A stretch of 64,000 bases of DNA. Origin: Pristiophorus japonicus (taxonomy: Eukaryota). Below the pieces are notes generated by a model, which saw only the letters and a list, made by a program, of their open reading frames with translations, was not told the origin of the DNA and ran no database searches. Below, one piece after another: positions 61,699 through 64,000 of this stretch. Within the stretch, counting starts at the first letter, position 1. Every line of letters starts with the position of its first letter. Location of the stretch: the NCBI RefSeq assembly GCF_044704955.1, contig NC_091998.1, forward strand, positions 11,842,001 through 11,906,000. The letters run 5' to 3'. A program made the position numbers and the translations under genes.

Positions 61699-62734
61699 GA
61701 GATCAACAGATTTTTGAACTCTAAGGGAATCAAGGGAAATGGAGATTGGGCTGGAAAGTGGAGTTGAGGTAGAAGATCAGCCGTGATCGTACCGAATGGT
61801 GGAGCAAGCTCGAGGGGCCGTGTGGCCTTCTCCTGCTGCTAATTCTTATGTCCTTAGAACATCTTCAATTGTTTGGTTTATGGGCTGTTTCTCAAATTCT
61901 GCCCTGTTGAGCATCCCTGATTATAACTGCTCATCCATTGGTGGTCGTGCCTTCAGCTGCCTGGGCCCCAAGCTCTGGAACTCCCTCCCTAAACCTCTCC
62001 GCCTCTCTACCTCTCTCTCCTCCTTTAAGATGCTCCTTAAAACCTAACTCTTAGACTAAGCTTTTTGTTATCTGCCATAATTTCTTCTTATGTGGCTCAG
62101 TGTCAAATGTATTTGTTTTGTCTTATAATACTCCTATGAAGCGCCTGGGACGTTTTACTGTATTAAAGGTGCTATATAAGTGTTGTGTATGCAATAACTG
62201 TTAAACTGAGTACTGTTTAACTCCAAGAGGTATGACCTTGGCTCTGCTTTATTAAGGCCCAAAGTGACTAATATACAAAATGGCTGGCCTTTTATACTTG
62301 GGCTGCACACATGTGCGTGGCCTCCAATAGTGACGCCATCTAGTGGCTAGTGATCCCAAAAGTACATACATGACATAAGAACATAAGAAATAGGAGCCGG
62401 AGTAGGCTATACGGCCCCTCGAGCCTGCTCCGCCATTTAATATGACCATGGCTGATCTGATCATGGACTCAGGTCCACTTCCCCGCCCAGTCCCCATAAC
62501 CCCTTATTCCCTTATCGGTTGAGAAACTGTCTATCTCTGTCTTAAACTTATTTAATGTCCCAGCTTCCACAGCTCTCTGAGGCAGTGAATTCCACAGATT
62601 TACAACCCTCTGAGAGAAGAAATTCCTCCTCATCTCAGTTTTAAGTGGGCGGTCCCTTATCCTAAGATCATGCCCTCTAGTTCTAGTCTCCATCAGTGGA
62701 AACATCCTCTCTGCATCCACCTGGTCAAGCTCCC
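61699..62734 (+). repeat. Direct duplication copy 2
   Basis: Begins immediately after the LTR terminus (catgaca|gagatc). Confidence 0.97.
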
Positions 62735-63170
62735 TCATAATCTTATACGTTTCGATAAGATCACCTCTCATTCTTCTGAATTCCAATGAGTAGAGGCCCA
62801 ACCTCCTCAACCTTTCCTCATAAGTCAACCCCCTCATCTCTGGAATCAACCTAGTGAACCTTCTCTGAACTGCCTCCAAAACAAGTGTATCCTTTCGTAA
62901 ATATGGAAACCAAAACTGCACCAATACCCTGTGTAACTGTAGCAAGACATCGCTGCTTTTATACTCCATTCCCTTTGTAATAAAGGCCAAGATTCCAATG
63001 GCCTTGCTGATCACTTGCTGTACCTGCATACTAACCTTTTGTGCTTCATGCACCAGGACCCCAGGTCCCGCTGTACTGAGGCACTTTGCAATCTTTCTCC
63101 ATTTAAATAATAACTTGCTCTTCGATTTTTCTTCTGCCAAAGTGCATCACCTCACATTTTCTAACATTAT
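62376..63170 (-). mobile_element. CR1 3' fragment
   Basis: ORF 62469..63140 carries CR1 C-terminal motifs. Confidence 0.9.
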
Positions 63171-63764
63171 GAATACAAGTTGTTGTATATCTGTGGAACA
63201 ATTTGAAAATAGAAGAGAGATTCTACCAAAGGTCAATAAAGATCTGCTGCCAGTTTAATCATTTACCTGTGAACTGTTTCCGTCATTAGCGGGAAGCACA
63301 TTTTCTGTTTTCATTTGTATAACGCACAATGGATCAGTGTGATTGCCTTTAAACCCGTCTGTTCCATTTGCTTCACACACCCATGCTAATTCGAATTTAT
63401 TACTATCACACGGAGCTAGCAGCATAATTAAATGTATGGGCTTCTATCCTCCAGGACGCAGTTTGCTTAAACCAACATGTACCATAAACGTTGAGATCAG
63501 ATGCCCAATTTCTCTCACATTCTCTATTTAAATACCACCAGGGTAGGCGAAAATGAAAAATCCATGACTGTCGTCTTTTTAAAGTGCTGAGCTTTCCTGG
63601 AAATATTTAATTCATCCCACCCTCACCACTAAGGTTGTGCTCAGTTAGTCAATTAACTTCAGATTTGTTTTTTTATGTACTGCAAATATCCTCTGGTTAT
63701 TGATACACTCGCCAGAGGGAATATTTTCTCTCTATCTACTCTATCAAAACTTCTCATCACCTTG

Positions 63765-64000
63765 AGAGGATGATATCCACAGCATAACTAAGACCGCCTA
63801 TTTCCACCTTTGTATCATCGCCCGTCTCCGCCCCTGCCTCAGCTCATCCGCTGCTGAAGCCCTCATCCATGCCGTTGTTAGCTCTAGACTTGACTATTGC
63901 AACACACTCCTGGCTGGCCTCCCACATTCTACCCTACGTAAACTAGGAGTGATCCAAAACTCAGCTTCCCGTGTCCTAGCTCACAGCAAGTCCCGTTCAC
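63765..64000 (+). mobile_element. L2 ORF2 fragment
   Basis: IARLRPCLSSSAAEALIHAVVSSRLDYCNTLLAGLP. Confidence 0.85.

Noticed and set aside
63266-63596. Possible upstream exon of the orphan gene (minus donor CAG|gtaaat at 63266)
   Set aside because: The open frame ends in phase 0 and the phase-1 frame has stops, so it does not join the 55135 exon in the preferred frame. Unsupported.

Overview
Repeat-dense vertebrate DNA, most likely from a shark or other cartilaginous fish (inferred from the Deu-type tRNA SINEs and CR1 tails). The host gene is an annexin A11-like locus on the minus strand. Three phase-compatible coding exons (21064-20950, 15832-15756, 4625-4206) encode the MSYPGYP / PPIGLD / GYP-repeat N-terminal tail. 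The core-domain exons are not in the window, and a candidate first exon and promoter lie near 45.4 kb. Two further phase-compatible exons of an unidentified minus-strand gene lie at 55135-54811. The rest is mostly mobile DNA: one near-intact full-length CR1 LINE, many CR1/L2/RTE fragments, SINEs, a decayed Penelope-like element, two Mag-type Gypsy elements, solo LTRs, MITEs and several satellites. Main leads: (1) a -1 frameshift signature (G_UUA_AAC, stop, G-quadruplex) at the CR1 ORF1/ORF2 junction; (2) a Gypsy element cut exactly at its PPT and flanked by a ~1.04-kb direct duplication; (3) inverted young CR1 copies around the in-frame-skippable low-complexity exon; (4) a hammerhead ribozyme remnant; (5) the orphan exons. 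Repeat boundaries are read by eye and approximate unless stated otherwise.
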